This document shows, one piece after another, positions 38,560 to 48,293 of a stretch of DNA of 64,000 bases; position 1 is the stretch's first letter; every line of letters begins with the position of its first letter. Where the stretch lies: NCBI GenBank assembly GCA_016703535.1, contig JADJBV010000001.1:6382270-6446269 (forward strand), written 5' to 3'. The notes beneath the pieces are model-generated. The model ran no database searches. It had not been told where the DNA came from and worked only from the letters and a program-made list of their open reading frames with translations. The stretch comes from Deltaproteobacteria bacterium. GTDB taxonomy: Bacteria; Myxococcota; Kuafuiibacteriia; Kuafuiibacteriales; Kuafuiibacteriaceae. The position numbers were made by a program, and so were the translations under genes.

Positions 38560-39852
38560 AGGGATACCTCCCCTGGATGGCAGGACCTACTTGAACGCCG
38601 GTGAGGGGTCGAATGGGGGTCTGTGGTGGGGTTGAGGGGCGCTTCCTGGGGCGCAGGACGAGCCTCGGCCTCGCGAGGATGCTCGCCTTCAAGGCCCGGG
38701 GCGGAGCTGTGGTGCTCAGTTCGCGAGTGGGAGAGCTTGTTGCGGCCCGGGCGGGCCGGTGCTCTCCACCGGCACGAACTGGTTTCGACGCAAGGTCCTG
38801 GGGCAGCGGGGGCAGGAATGGCCGTTGACCTCGTAGACGCGGGCCAAGAGCTTCGCCCACGCTTCGCGATACGGCACTGGCGTTGCCGGCTCGAACTTCC
38901 GAGCCCCGAACCACGCGCCTTGCACCGCCACCCAGCCTGCTGGCACCACCTGCGGTCGAAGCCGCGCGGCCGGCGCCAGCACCCCGAAGGCGCGGATCTG
39001 ATGCTGCCGCGGGGGAGGCACCAGCCAGGCCAGGCGCCGGAGCAACGAGAGCGGATGCAGCAGCAGCTCCTGCTGCGTGGTGCGCGTCGGGCGGCGGAGC
39101 GTGAACCGCGCCTGCGCCTCGTCGATGAGCTCGAGCTGGGCCTCCGCGAACGGCGGCCGGGCGGCGTAGCGCACGAGCTGGGCGCGACCGGCGCGGTCGT
39201 CGGCGCCGACCCGCACGCTCGCGTTGACCTCGAAGCGACCTCGGAGCTTCTTCGGCTCCACACTGACGATCCCTACGGCGCACGGGCCGCCGTTGGCCAC
39301 CACGGGTCGTCGGGCCGGCCCTCGGCGCCCTCCTCGAGATACCCATGGCGACGCAGCCACCCCAAAAACCGAAGCTCCACCTCGTCCTCGAGGGCCCCAC
39401 GCTCTCCGGCCGAGGGGCCTTGGTCCTGGCGGAATTCTAGCGTGCCGACGTCCTCCTCCAAGTAGCCGCCGTCGAGCACCCGCACGTGCAGGTGCGGATA
39501 GACCGAAAGCGTCTTCGTGAACCGCTGCACGAACGCCACCGCCCCGCCCTTCGACCGGGCAAGGGGCCGCGCTGCTGCCCGCGGAAGATGGCTTCTACGA
39601 AGACCCGCGCCATCGCCTCCTGGGCGTCGGCACGGGCCGCCAACAACCCGACCAACTCCGAAGGCGGCGACAGAACGTACTACCGAATCGGAGGTAGGCG
39701 TCGATCTCGCCCGCCAGATCCTGGAGCGATCGGCAGGTGCCACGGCGGAGCAGCCGGTCGAGGTGAAAGACGCCGTCCATCAGGCGTCGCCTGCCGGCGA
39801 CTCGGGCGGATACCGGGGGGCGGTCCCGCTTGATTCGCTTCGTCTTGCTCAC
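38560..39852 (-). mobile_element. IS91-family transposase pseudogene, copy 2 (full length but split over three frames)
   Basis: N-terminus MSKTKRIKRDRPP... (39852). Middle AVAFVQRFTKTLSVYPHLHVRVLDGGYLEE (Y2_Tnp HPHxH motif) in a second frame. C-terminal-like WAKLLARVYEV...CPRC in a third frame. Confidence 0.6.
39548..39715. repeat. Direct repeat A', partner of 28938-29100
   Basis: See repeat A. Confidence 0.75.
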
Positions 39853-40009
39853 GCCAAGCTCCCAGCCATCCCTTGGGGGAAGCTCTTGTCATGAGACCCT
39901 GGGGCAGGAGCAATGTCGGGAACCCAGTTCGGTGGCCGAGTTGGGTCCAGGTACTCAGGATAGTTGGGCGGGCGCAGGTCCGCGGATCCAAGCGACCCAC
40001 TCCGTAGTG

Positions 40010-40350
40010 CCTTCGGCGGGTCCGGGGACCTCGACAAAGCGGTCTCGAGTCGGTGCGGGGACCTGCCTCGACCCGAGCTCGGCGTCTATCGACTGGGTTT
40101 TTGGGTCCGCCCAGGCGGCCGAGCCACTGTGGAGTCTGGGTGGAGGATAAAAGTGGAGGGCCGAGGACCCGTCGCGGCGTCTGAATTGAGTCCCGGGACC
40201 CGAAGAAGGCACTGCGGAGTGGCTTCGTTGGGTCCCGGGACCCAGGCCGGATCACCTCGACCCAACCGGGTTGGGTCCGGGGACTGCTTAAAACGCTGTG
40301 AGTCGACGGGTGTCCGGATTCGTCCGGATTCGTCCGGATTCGTCCGGACG
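40010..40350. repeat. Cluster of 14-bp palindromes GGGTCCCGGGACCC (and variants, x4) followed by (GTCCGGATTC)x3 tandem
   Basis: Read directly at 40018, 40186, 40225, 40272 and 40311-40345; related tccggatt/tccggaat motif at 29470-29500 beside IS copy 1. Confidence 0.65.
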
Positions 40351-40495
40351 ATTTGTCCGGCCGGACGAACGCCGGACGCCGCGGATCCCGAAGGTGCAGT
40401 GATTCCGCAGGAGGATGTCCGGCACGCGGCTTGAAGATGGGTTCGGCATGACCTCGGACACGGAGTCCGAGCTCCAACCTATGAGGAGATTGACC

Positions 40496-41359
40496 ATGTC
40501 GAACGAACTGGTGTCGCCCAGGTACTTCCAACTTCCGCCACTGGACGCCCCGGGGACCGTGGCGATGGCGACGAGCACCTTGGCATCGGCGCCGAAGGCA
40601 GCGCCGCCCGCGGTAAAGAAGGCCCTCAAGAAGGTGGCGTCAACGCTGGCCGAGATGAAGGAGGTGCTGGCGGGCGAGCCGATCGCGATGCCCGACGTGA
40701 GCCGGGCCGCCGACCTGTCCCTCGATCGTTCCTGGGGTGGCCTGAGCGGTCGGATCAGCAGCTACACTTTCCTGCCCGAAGACCTGTACCCCAAGGTGTC
40801 CACCGCGAATGAGTTGATGCGGACCCTGTTCCCCGATGGCTTGAGCTTCCTCAAGTTGCCCTACCGGCAGGAGTGGGCCGAGAGCGAAAGGCGCCTGGAG
40901 CGGATCGAGATGATGGGCTTGGAGGCCAAAATCCACGAGGTCGCTGGGCGTGATCACCTGGAGGAGGTGCGTCGGGCCCACCGGGTGTACGGCGAGGTCT
41001 TGGGCATCACCCGACCGAACCCTCTGGCTCAGGCCCCCGAACGCGCCGAGAAGCTGCGGGCGCTGCGCAAGGCTCTGAACCACTACGTGTTGAATCTGCT
41101 CGCTTGCCTGGACGAGGAAGATCCAGAGACCGAGGAGATGGTCCGGCGCGCCCTCCAGCCCATCGACGAGTTTCGCGCGGCGGCGCCCGGGCGGCGGTCG
41201 GCGAGTGACGACGACGGCCCGGAGACCGAAGTGCCCCCCGTCGCTTCACCCGTGGTGGCTTCACCGCCGCCTGTCGCGGTCGGCGGCGGCGCTGCGCCGA
41301 TCGCTCCCAGCCCGGCTCCGATCCCGGTGCGCTCGACCCCTACGGATGCCCCGAGCTGA
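40496..41359 (+). CDS. Hypothetical protein with Pro/Ala-rich C-terminus, 287 aa
   Basis: AGGAG 9 nt upstream of ATG 40496. Confidence 0.45.
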   Translation: MSNELVSPRYFQLPPLDAPGTVAMATSTLASAPKAAPPAVKKALKKVASTLAEMKEVLAGEPIAMPDVSRAADLSLDRSWGGLSGRISSYTFLPEDLYPKVSTANELMRTLFPDGLSFLKLPYRQEWAESERRLERIEMMGLEAKIHEVAGRDHLEEVRRAHRVYGEVLGITRPNPLAQAPERAEKLRALRKALNHYVLNLLACLDEEDPETEEMVRRALQPIDEFRAAAPGRRSASDDDGPETEVPPVASPVVASPPPVAVGGGAAPIAPSPAPIPVRSTPTDAPS

Positions 41360-41394
41360 GCACGGTGCGAAGCTCCCACCGGGCCGACGTAACT

Positions 41395-42075
41395 TCAGGG
41401 CTTACAGGCCTTCTGGCGGAGCGCTACCACCTTGGCCCCCGCTTCCTTGAGGGCCTGACGCCGCCCCTGCGCCGACTGCAGCAGCGCCTTGTCCTGGGTG
41501 TCGATGGCCTTCTGCAGATCCCGGAGCAGCTCGGCGTTGTCGTCGAGGAAGTCGGCGGTCGCCCGGTGCAACTCATCGCACGCTCTTGGCGAGGACAGCC
41601 CCTGGATCAGGCTCTTCAATCGCTCGGCTTCGTCGATCGCCGGCTGCATGCTCTGGCTGGCCTTCACGTCGGCGAAGGTGGCCGCCTCGCTCTTGCCGGT
41701 GTCCGCGGCGTCGTAGGCCTTGAGGTACTCGGCGATGGCCTTGGCCTCTTCTTCCGGTGAGAGGGGCGGCGGCGTCACGACCACCTGGGGCGGCGGCGGC
41801 GCGGCCTTCTGCTTGGCCATGGCGGCCCGGATGGTGTTCGCCGTGGCCTGAGCCTCCGCGTGTTGTTTGCACTCGGGGCCCACCGCCTCCAGGGCCGTCA
41901 ACACCGGCCCGAAGCGCGGGTCGCCCAAAGTCGGATCCAGGCTCGCTTGGCTGACTTCGTCGAGCTGGGCCATGGCGGCCTCGAACTCTTCGCAGTTTTT
42001 GGTGGGCGCGGGTTTGTTGCAGGCGAGCGCACCGGCAAGGGCCAGCGCGAGATACCTTGTGAGGTGCCGGGACAT
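41395..42075 (-). CDS. Hypothetical lipoprotein, 226 aa
   Basis: Lipobox LALAGALAC. Confidence 0.5.
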   Translation of the reverse strand: MSRHLTRYLALALAGALACNKPAPTKNCEEFEAAMAQLDEVSQASLDPTLGDPRFGPVLTALEAVGPECKQHAEAQATANTIRAAMAKQKAAPPPPQVVVTPPPLSPEEEAKAIAEYLKAYDAADTGKSEAATFADVKASQSMQPAIDEAERLKSLIQGLSSPRACDELHRATADFLDDNAELLRDLQKAIDTQDKALLQSAQGRRQALKEAGAKVVALRQKACKP

Positions 42076-42224
42076 GAACCGTTCCTACCCGACGTCCGAG
42101 GGCTGCACCAGTGGCGGGGGCGGGCGACATGTTCGTCCCTTGGACCGATTTGCGGTTGAAGAACCTGTGACAAAGGTCTGGGCTGCCTTGACCGGAACTC
42201 TGAGCCGGACGAGCGTGCCCCACC

Positions 42225-43226
42225 ATGAAAGCGGTTCAGATCTCCAAAGCCAACGGCCCCTTCGAGTTTGTCGAGCGGCCCATCCCCGAAGTTCGTCCTG
42301 GGACGGTGCGGGTGAAGGTCGAAGCCTGCGGCATTTGCCACAGCGATGCCTTCGTAAAATTTGCGGCCTTTCCGGGCATCACCTTGCCGCGGGTCCCGGG
42401 CCACGAGATCGCCGGGCGGGTCGATGCCGTGGGCGAAGGGGTCGTGCCCTGGAACGTGGGTGACCGCGTGGGGGTGGGTTGGCACGGGGGACATTGTTCG
42501 GTGTGCGAGCCGTGTCGGCGAGGGGACTTCGTCAACTGCAACAATGAGAAGATCACCGGGATCAGCCACGACGGCGGATATGCCGAGTATGTGGTGGTCC
42601 CCGCGGAGTCTCTTGCTCGGATCCCCGACGGCCTCAGCGCCGAAGAAGCCGCGCCGCTTTTGTGCGCGGGCGTCACCACCTACAACTCACTGCGCCAGAC
42701 CGGGGCGAGGGCCGGTGACACGGTCGCGGTCTTGGGCCTGGGCGGCCTCGGTCACCTCGGTGTCCAGTACGCGCACCACATGGGGTTCAGGACTGTGGCG
42801 TTGTCCCGAGGCGCCGACAAGGCGAAGCTTGCCCAGGAGCTCGGTGCGTCGATCTACATCGACACCGCCGCCGGGGATCCAGCCAAGGCGCTCCAGGACA
42901 TCGGCGGCGCCGACGTGATCCTCGCGACCGCCCCCAACGCCGACGCGATCAGCGCCATGTTCGGTGGGCTCAAAAAACGGGGCACCTTGATGGTGGTGGG
43001 CGCGACGATGGAGCCGCTCAAGATCCCGGCCTTGGGGCTCCTCAGCGGCAAAACGGTGCGAGGTTGGCCGAGCGGGAGCGCGATCGACTCGGAAGACACG
43101 ATGCGGTTCAGCGCGCTCGCGAAGATCAAGCCGTACCTCGAGCGCTTTCCGCTGGCGAAGGCCGAGGATGCCTTCAACAAGATGATGTCGAACCAGGTTC
43201 GCTTCCGCGCCGTCCTCGTCCCCTGA
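42225..43226 (+). CDS. adh: Zn-dependent alcohol dehydrogenase (MDR superfamily), 333 aa
   Basis: EACGICHSD; GHEIAGRV; Rossmann GLGGLGHLGVQ. Confidence 0.85.
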   Translation: MKAVQISKANGPFEFVERPIPEVRPGTVRVKVEACGICHSDAFVKFAAFPGITLPRVPGHEIAGRVDAVGEGVVPWNVGDRVGVGWHGGHCSVCEPCRRGDFVNCNNEKITGISHDGGYAEYVVVPAESLARIPDGLSAEEAAPLLCAGVTTYNSLRQTGARAGDTVAVLGLGGLGHLGVQYAHHMGFRTVALSRGADKAKLAQELGASIYIDTAAGDPAKALQDIGGADVILATAPNADAISAMFGGLKKRGTLMVVGATMEPLKIPALGLLSGKTVRGWPSGSAIDSEDTMRFSALAKIKPYLERFPLAKAEDAFNKMMSNQVRFRAVLVP

Positions 43227-43435
43227 TCTCCGCCGAATGAGCGCCGCACCCACGTCGTGCGCGCCGATCGGGACCCACGGACAGTCAATTCGGTCACTGA
43301 GTCCAGAGACTTGCACGGGCTCTTGCGTGCCGCGCAATAGCCTCGTGCGCCCAGGCTGACATCGTTTGTCGCCGGACCGCGAAAACCTCTTTGCCTTCGC
43401 GGAACCAAACGCCGGGGCAGAAAAGAGAAGAACCG

Positions 43436-44014
43436 ATGAACACCAACAAGAGCCTCGTCCACGCCTTTGTCCTTCAGCCCAATGGGCTCCGGGTCGGTCC
43501 CCGCCAAGAGGAGCGGATCGTCAAAGCGGCGGACCTCAACAACGACGGCCAGGTCAGCTACGCCACCGAAGTCGGCGGCGCCGGCTCCTACGTTCGAAAC
43601 CAGTACGTCCGCCCCGGTGCCAACCCCTGCCAGGGGCCTCGGCTCCAACAAGGCGTCAGCCCCGAAGACGTGGTTCGCGCCCTCGAGGCTCGAAAGGCCG
43701 TCATCACCACCATCGTCAGCCAGTTCGCGGATCAGACCTTCGATCAGGGACGGGCCACCGGGACCCCCGCCAACTACTTCGGAGGTTTCTTCAGCGCCTC
43801 GAAGCGGACCATCAAGGACGAGATCGAAGAGGTCGCGGGCAAGATGGGAACCGCGGGCAAGTTGAATCAACTGGCGAAGATGATCGAAGCCACCCCTCGC
43901 AACGCCGACGGGAAGATCGACTTCAAGATCTGGGACGCCGTGCTCTTTGGGAAACTCCAAGCCGAACTCGGCGTGCAGAAGTGGAACCTCTACGGGCGGA
44001 TGTCGGATTGCTGA
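43436..44014 (+). CDS. Small protein with two EF-hand-like loops, hypothetical
   Basis: DLNNDGQVSYATE and NADGKIDFKIWD; lower-GC codons. Confidence 0.4.
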   Translation: MNTNKSLVHAFVLQPNGLRVGPRQEERIVKAADLNNDGQVSYATEVGGAGSYVRNQYVRPGANPCQGPRLQQGVSPEDVVRALEARKAVITTIVSQFADQTFDQGRATGTPANYFGGFFSASKRTIKDEIEEVAGKMGTAGKLNQLAKMIEATPRNADGKIDFKIWDAVLFGKLQAELGVQKWNLYGRMSDC

Positions 44015-44037
44015 CTCGACCCACCGCCCCGCCGAAA

Positions 44038-44967
44038 TCAGAAGTCGGGGCGCAGGCGGATGGTGGCCAACTCTTTGGTGAGCATGCGCTTGAAGATCAT
44101 CGGGCCGATCCAGGTGTACGCGACGATCGCCAGCCAACCGTATTCGACGATCGGCACGTAGGCGGCGTCTTCGGCCAAGATGGTGACGGTGCGGTAGAGG
44201 GCGAAGCCGCCGAGCAACACCAACATGGAGCGGGCGTCGGGCAAGGTCTGCATCCAGGTGTTCCAGCGCCACCAAACGCCGATCACCGGGCTTTGGTGGG
44301 CCTTGATGGCGGCCAAGAGGTGGAGGGCGCCCCGATGGTTGGGGTAGTCGCGGAGGACCCAGGCGGCGTGGTCTTTGGCGCTTTCGGAGTCCTTCTTGCG
44401 CAGGTGCACGTGACCGAGGACCACCAAAGCGGCGGCGTGATCAGGCGATTGTTCGAGGGCCTCACGGCTGCGGGCCTCGGCGTCGGCCAAGTTGCCTTCG
44501 GCCAGATCGAGCTCTCCCAGGTCGGCGAGCACGTCGGGATCGTTGGGCTCGAGGTTGCGGGCCTTCTCCAAGGTGGCCCGGGCTTCGGCCCGGCGGCCTT
44601 GGGCCACGTAGATCTCGGCCAAGCTGCAGAGGTTGCCGGCGTCGATCGGATCCAGGCTGATGGCCCGCATGAGGTGCTCTTCGGCGGGGGCCCATCGGCG
44701 TCGATAGAACTCGGCCAGGCCGAGGGCCCGGTGGGCCAAGCTGGCTTCGGGGTCCAACTCGACCGCCCGCTGAGCCTCGACGGTGGCGGCGTGGACCCGG
44801 TTGCCGACGAGTAAGTTGAGGGCCAAGAGGGCGTGGGCCGCGGCGTGCTCCGGATCCAAAGCCAGGGCCTGCTTGAGCAACAAGATGGCGCCGTGGTGAT
44901 CGCCCATGGCCATCCGCTGGCCGGCCTGCAGGTACAGGCGATGAAAGTCCGGCGAAAGGAAGGTCAT
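44038..44967 (-). CDS. TPR-repeat protein with C-terminal membrane segment
   Basis: Multiple TPR-like helices, C-terminal hydrophobic region. Confidence 0.6.
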   Translation of the reverse strand: MTFLSPDFHRLYLQAGQRMAMGDHHGAILLLKQALALDPEHAAAHALLALNLLVGNRVHAATVEAQRAVELDPEASLAHRALGLAEFYRRRWAPAEEHLMRAISLDPIDAGNLCSLAEIYVAQGRRAEARATLEKARNLEPNDPDVLADLGELDLAEGNLADAEARSREALEQSPDHAAALVVLGHVHLRKKDSESAKDHAAWVLRDYPNHRGALHLLAAIKAHQSPVIGVWWRWNTWMQTLPDARSMLVLLGGFALYRTVTILAEDAAYVPIVEYGWLAIVAYTWIGPMIFKRMLTKELATIRLRPDF

Positions 44968-45449
44968 GACAACACCATCCGCAAGATCGGCGCGAAGGGC
45001 GCGAGGACATAACCTTTGACGAAGGTCGCGCCGATGGCCACCAAGGCTCCGTTCCGCACCAACCCACCGAAGTATTCATAGAGCTGAAAACTCCGGCTCT
45101 GCTGGTTGTGAAGCAGATAGTAGATCGCCAACTTGGTCAGCTGTACGGCCAACACCCCAAAGCGGACCACCCGCAAGTCCCAACCTTGTTCATCGACCCG
45201 CCAGGCCAGGTGGTTGACCAACACCAGCCCCGCCAACAACGCCAAGACGCCGTAGAACAACCACTCGAGCTCCTTGCGTCGGGTGGCGCTGCCGATGGCG
45301 ATGCTGTTGAGCACGAACCAAGGCCCGGCCAACCAGAAGCCGCCCAACATGCCGCCGAGCAAGATCCAGAAGGGGTTGACCGCCAGGTGCGAAAGTTTGC
45401 TCGGCTGGGGTTCGTCGATGATCCGGTAGTCGTGGGTGGCGCCGCTCAT
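44964..45449 (-). CDS. Integral membrane protein, 161 aa
   Basis: 4 TM; ATGA overlaps on both sides (operon with the AAA and TPR genes). Confidence 0.55.
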   Translation of the reverse strand: MSGATHDYRIIDEPQPSKLSHLAVNPFWILLGGMLGGFWLAGPWFVLNSIAIGSATRRKELEWLFYGVLALLAGLVLVNHLAWRVDEQGWDLRVVRFGVLAVQLTKLAIYYLLHNQQSRSFQLYEYFGGLVRNGALVAIGATFVKGYVLAPFAPILRMVLS

Positions 45450-46831
45450 GCCTTGCCGTGTTTCGCGAGGAACTCCAGCACCTCATCGTATTGGCCCGAC
45501 TCGTTGGCGTAACGGGCGTGGTTGCGGGCGGTGGTCAACCACTCGAGGGTGGTCGGCTTGACCTCGGCGGCGGCCTGCTTGAGTTGCTCCGTGCCGATGG
45601 GCACCTCTTTCCCGGCCTGAATCGTCGCCTCGATGGCCAGGTCGGCGGCGGTGTCGATCAGGTGTTCGAGATCTGCGCCGGAAAAGCCGCTGGTGCTCTT
45701 GGCCACCCAGTCGAGCTCGATCCCTGGCGCCACCGGGCGGCCCGCCAACTTGAGGGCCAAGATCGCCGCCCGGGCCGGGCGATCGGGCGGGGGCACGAAG
45801 AAGGTCCGATCGAAGCGGCCCGGGCGACGGAAGGCGGCGTCGACGGCCCAGGGGGTGTTGGTGGCGCCCAAGATCAAGACGCCGGTGTTCTGGCTGGCGA
45901 AGCCGTCCATCTCCGACAAAAACTGGGAGACCAACTTGGCGGTGTGGCCATCCCGGGCGAACTGACGTTTGCCGCCCAGGGCCTCGACCTCGTCGAAGAA
46001 GAGCACCGCCGGCTTGGCGGCCCGAGCCTTCTCGAAGAGGGCGTGGAGTTTCTGCTCCGACTCACCGATGTACATGTCGAGGACGTCGGAGATGGCCACG
46101 TTGAAGAACTTGGCCTGACACTCGCCGGCGGTGGCCCGGGCCAACATGGTCTTGCCGACGCCCGGGGGGCCGAACAACAAAATGCCGCCGCCGCTCTTAC
46201 GCTTGAAGCGTTCGAACAAGGAGGGCTTCTGAAAAGGGAGGATGATTCGCCGCCGGATCTGCTCCTTCAAAGGCTCGAGGCCTCCGACGTCGGCGAAGGT
46301 GACCTTTTGAGCCTCAGGTTGAAAGAGGGGCTTGAGTTCGGCCTCGGCGATCGCTTCATCTCGAGCCGAAACTTGGTACCGGGGACGACCGGCGCCGACG
46401 TCGTTGGTGACCCGCTCCCGGGCCCCCAGGGCTTTGGCCAACTCGGGATCGGCGAGCAAGGGGCTCTCGACGGTCGCGCCTTCGTAGGCCTCGCGCCCCT
46501 CGGTGATCCGATCCAGGGCCAGCAGGGCCATGGCCCGGGCCAGACGTTCGCCGGGGGAGCCGCCGCTGGCGACCTGGAGGGCCCGTTCGGGGGCCCCACC
46601 TTTGGCCAACGCTTCGCCGAGGACCCGGCGATCGCCCGGGAGCAGGCCATCCATCGGGAGTTCGGCGGGGATCAGCCGGGCCGCCTTCTCGAACTCACCG
46701 CGCTTCAGCCGTTCCCGGACGACCGTAAGCAACAAGGTGGTGTTGTGGGGCGTCGCGGCCAGGGCGGCCTCGAGTGACTCCAGGGTGACTTCGTCCACCC
46801 GCACATCCTGCCACCCCTTGGGACCGACCAA
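45446..46831 (-). CDS. AAA+ ATPase with N-terminal TPR-like region
   Basis: ILLFGPPGVGKTMLARA Walker A; ...VLFFDEVE Walker B. Confidence 0.75.
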   Translation of the reverse strand: MVGPKGWQDVRVDEVTLESLEAALAATPHNTTLLLTVVRERLKRGEFEKAARLIPAELPMDGLLPGDRRVLGEALAKGGAPERALQVASGGSPGERLARAMALLALDRITEGREAYEGATVESPLLADPELAKALGARERVTNDVGAGRPRYQVSARDEAIAEAELKPLFQPEAQKVTFADVGGLEPLKEQIRRRIILPFQKPSLFERFKRKSGGGILLFGPPGVGKTMLARATAGECQAKFFNVAISDVLDMYIGESEQKLHALFEKARAAKPAVLFFDEVEALGGKRQFARDGHTAKLVSQFLSEMDGFASQNTGVLILGATNTPWAVDAAFRRPGRFDRTFFVPPPDRPARAAILALKLAGRPVAPGIELDWVAKSTSGFSGADLEHLIDTAADLAIEATIQAGKEVPIGTEQLKQAAAEVKPTTLEWLTTARNHARYANESGQYDEVLEFLAKHGKA

Positions 46832-46905
46832 AACCCCGGGGTTCTTCGTTTGAGCGTCGAGGGATCGCCTTGCTCCGAACGAAGGATGTGCCGTAGCGTG
46901 GAGCG

Positions 46906-48270
46906 GTGACGACCCGCGTGTACGCCCCAGCGGCGTGCCTTTGCCTCGCCCTCCTCTCGGCGTGTGGCCGTAAGCCCTGCGACGATCCCGACGTCAACAA
47001 AGGTCCCGTGGTGCGCTTGGACGTCTCCTTGGAGACCTGCAACTTTACGCCGGTGGCGGTGCCCACCGGACCGGACCGGGTCAAAAAGCGCGAGGTGGTC
47101 CAGCTGAACGGCAAGGCCAGCACCGATCGGAACGGGGACTCGCTCGGCTTCGAGTGGACCATGATCGACAAGCCGGACCGCAGCCAAGCCGAGCTCGACG
47201 ATCCGAAGAGCGCCACGCCCCGCTTCGTGCCCGATCGGGCCGGGCGGTATGAGATCGATCTGCGGGTCAGCGACGGCGAACTCACCAGCGCGGTGGCCAC
47301 CTTCACGATGCGGGTCACCAACGAGGTGCCGATCGCCAACGCCGGCCTCGACTTCCCCTCGCCTTTGGGTGCACCCGCGACCCTCGATGGCAACGCCAGC
47401 ACCGACGCCGACGGCGACCCCTTGACCTATACCTGGACGGTGAAGTCGCGACCGGCGGGCAGCGCCGCCCGGCTGAGTGATCCCAACAGCGCCACACCCC
47501 AGCTGACCCCGGACCTCTACGGCGTCTATTTGCTCGGGCTGGTGGTCAACGACGGTGACGTGGACAGCGCCGAAGACCTGGTGCGGGTGGGGGGTGGCGT
47601 GGTGGGTCAACCGCCGGTGGCCAACGCCGGCGCCGATCTGACCGCTGTCTTGGGCAAGTGGACCCCGTTGAACGGCTCGGCCAGCTACGATCCCGAGGGG
47701 ACCCCGCTCCTCTACCAGTGGAGCATCGCCGAACAGCCGCTCCGCAGCTTGGAGATGGGCAGCTTCTCCGACCCAAAACTCGCAACGCCCAACTTCTTGC
47801 CCGCCAAAGAAGGCCGCTACCAAGTGGAGTTGGTCGTCGAAGATGACTTCTTCGGCAGCGCGCCCGATCGGGTGCAGGTCGACGTGGTGGTGGGCACCGG
47901 GGTGCTGAACGGCCCCTGTGAGCCCGATGGGTGCCCGATGTTCTCGATCTGCCAAAACGCGATCTGCGTGCCCCGGGGCGGCTGCGGCACCAAAACCGCC
48001 GCCGGCAGCGACATGCCCGAGACCCATCAGTTCGATCTGGGGCAGACCTCGGGGACCTTCGAGCTGATCTACGACACCTACTTTCAAGAAGACCTGATCC
48101 GGGTGCTCTACGAAGGGACCGAGATCTTCAGCAGTGGTTGTGTCGGCGAATCCAAGATGATCCGCATCCCCTACTCGGGGAGCACCACCACCGTGACCGT
48201 GGAGGTCGAGCCCAACTGCAACGGCGGCTCGGGGACCGCTTGGGAGTTTCAGGTCAACTGCCCGATGTAG
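46906..48270 (+). CDS. Lipoprotein with three PKD-like repeats and C-terminal Cys-rich domain
   Basis: Lipobox LALLSACG; LDGNASTDADGDPLTYTWT-type repeats. Confidence 0.65.
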   Translation: MTTRVYAPAACLCLALLSACGRKPCDDPDVNKGPVVRLDVSLETCNFTPVAVPTGPDRVKKREVVQLNGKASTDRNGDSLGFEWTMIDKPDRSQAELDDPKSATPRFVPDRAGRYEIDLRVSDGELTSAVATFTMRVTNEVPIANAGLDFPSPLGAPATLDGNASTDADGDPLTYTWTVKSRPAGSAARLSDPNSATPQLTPDLYGVYLLGLVVNDGDVDSAEDLVRVGGGVVGQPPVANAGADLTAVLGKWTPLNGSASYDPEGTPLLYQWSIAEQPLRSLEMGSFSDPKLATPNFLPAKEGRYQVELVVEDDFFGSAPDRVQVDVVVGTGVLNGPCEPDGCPMFSICQNAICVPRGGCGTKTAAGSDMPETHQFDLGQTSGTFELIYDTYFQEDLIRVLYEGTEIFSSGCVGESKMIRIPYSGSTTTVTVEVEPNCNGGSGTAWEFQVNCPM

Positions 48271-48293
48271 GGGGCGAGGGACTGGTGCCTCAA

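Noticed and set aside
38441-39263. N-terminal two-thirds of ORF 37872..39263 and ORF 38441..39400
   Set aside because: High-GC frames crossing the IS91 pseudogene. The island gene proper begins where GC drops (about 38438).
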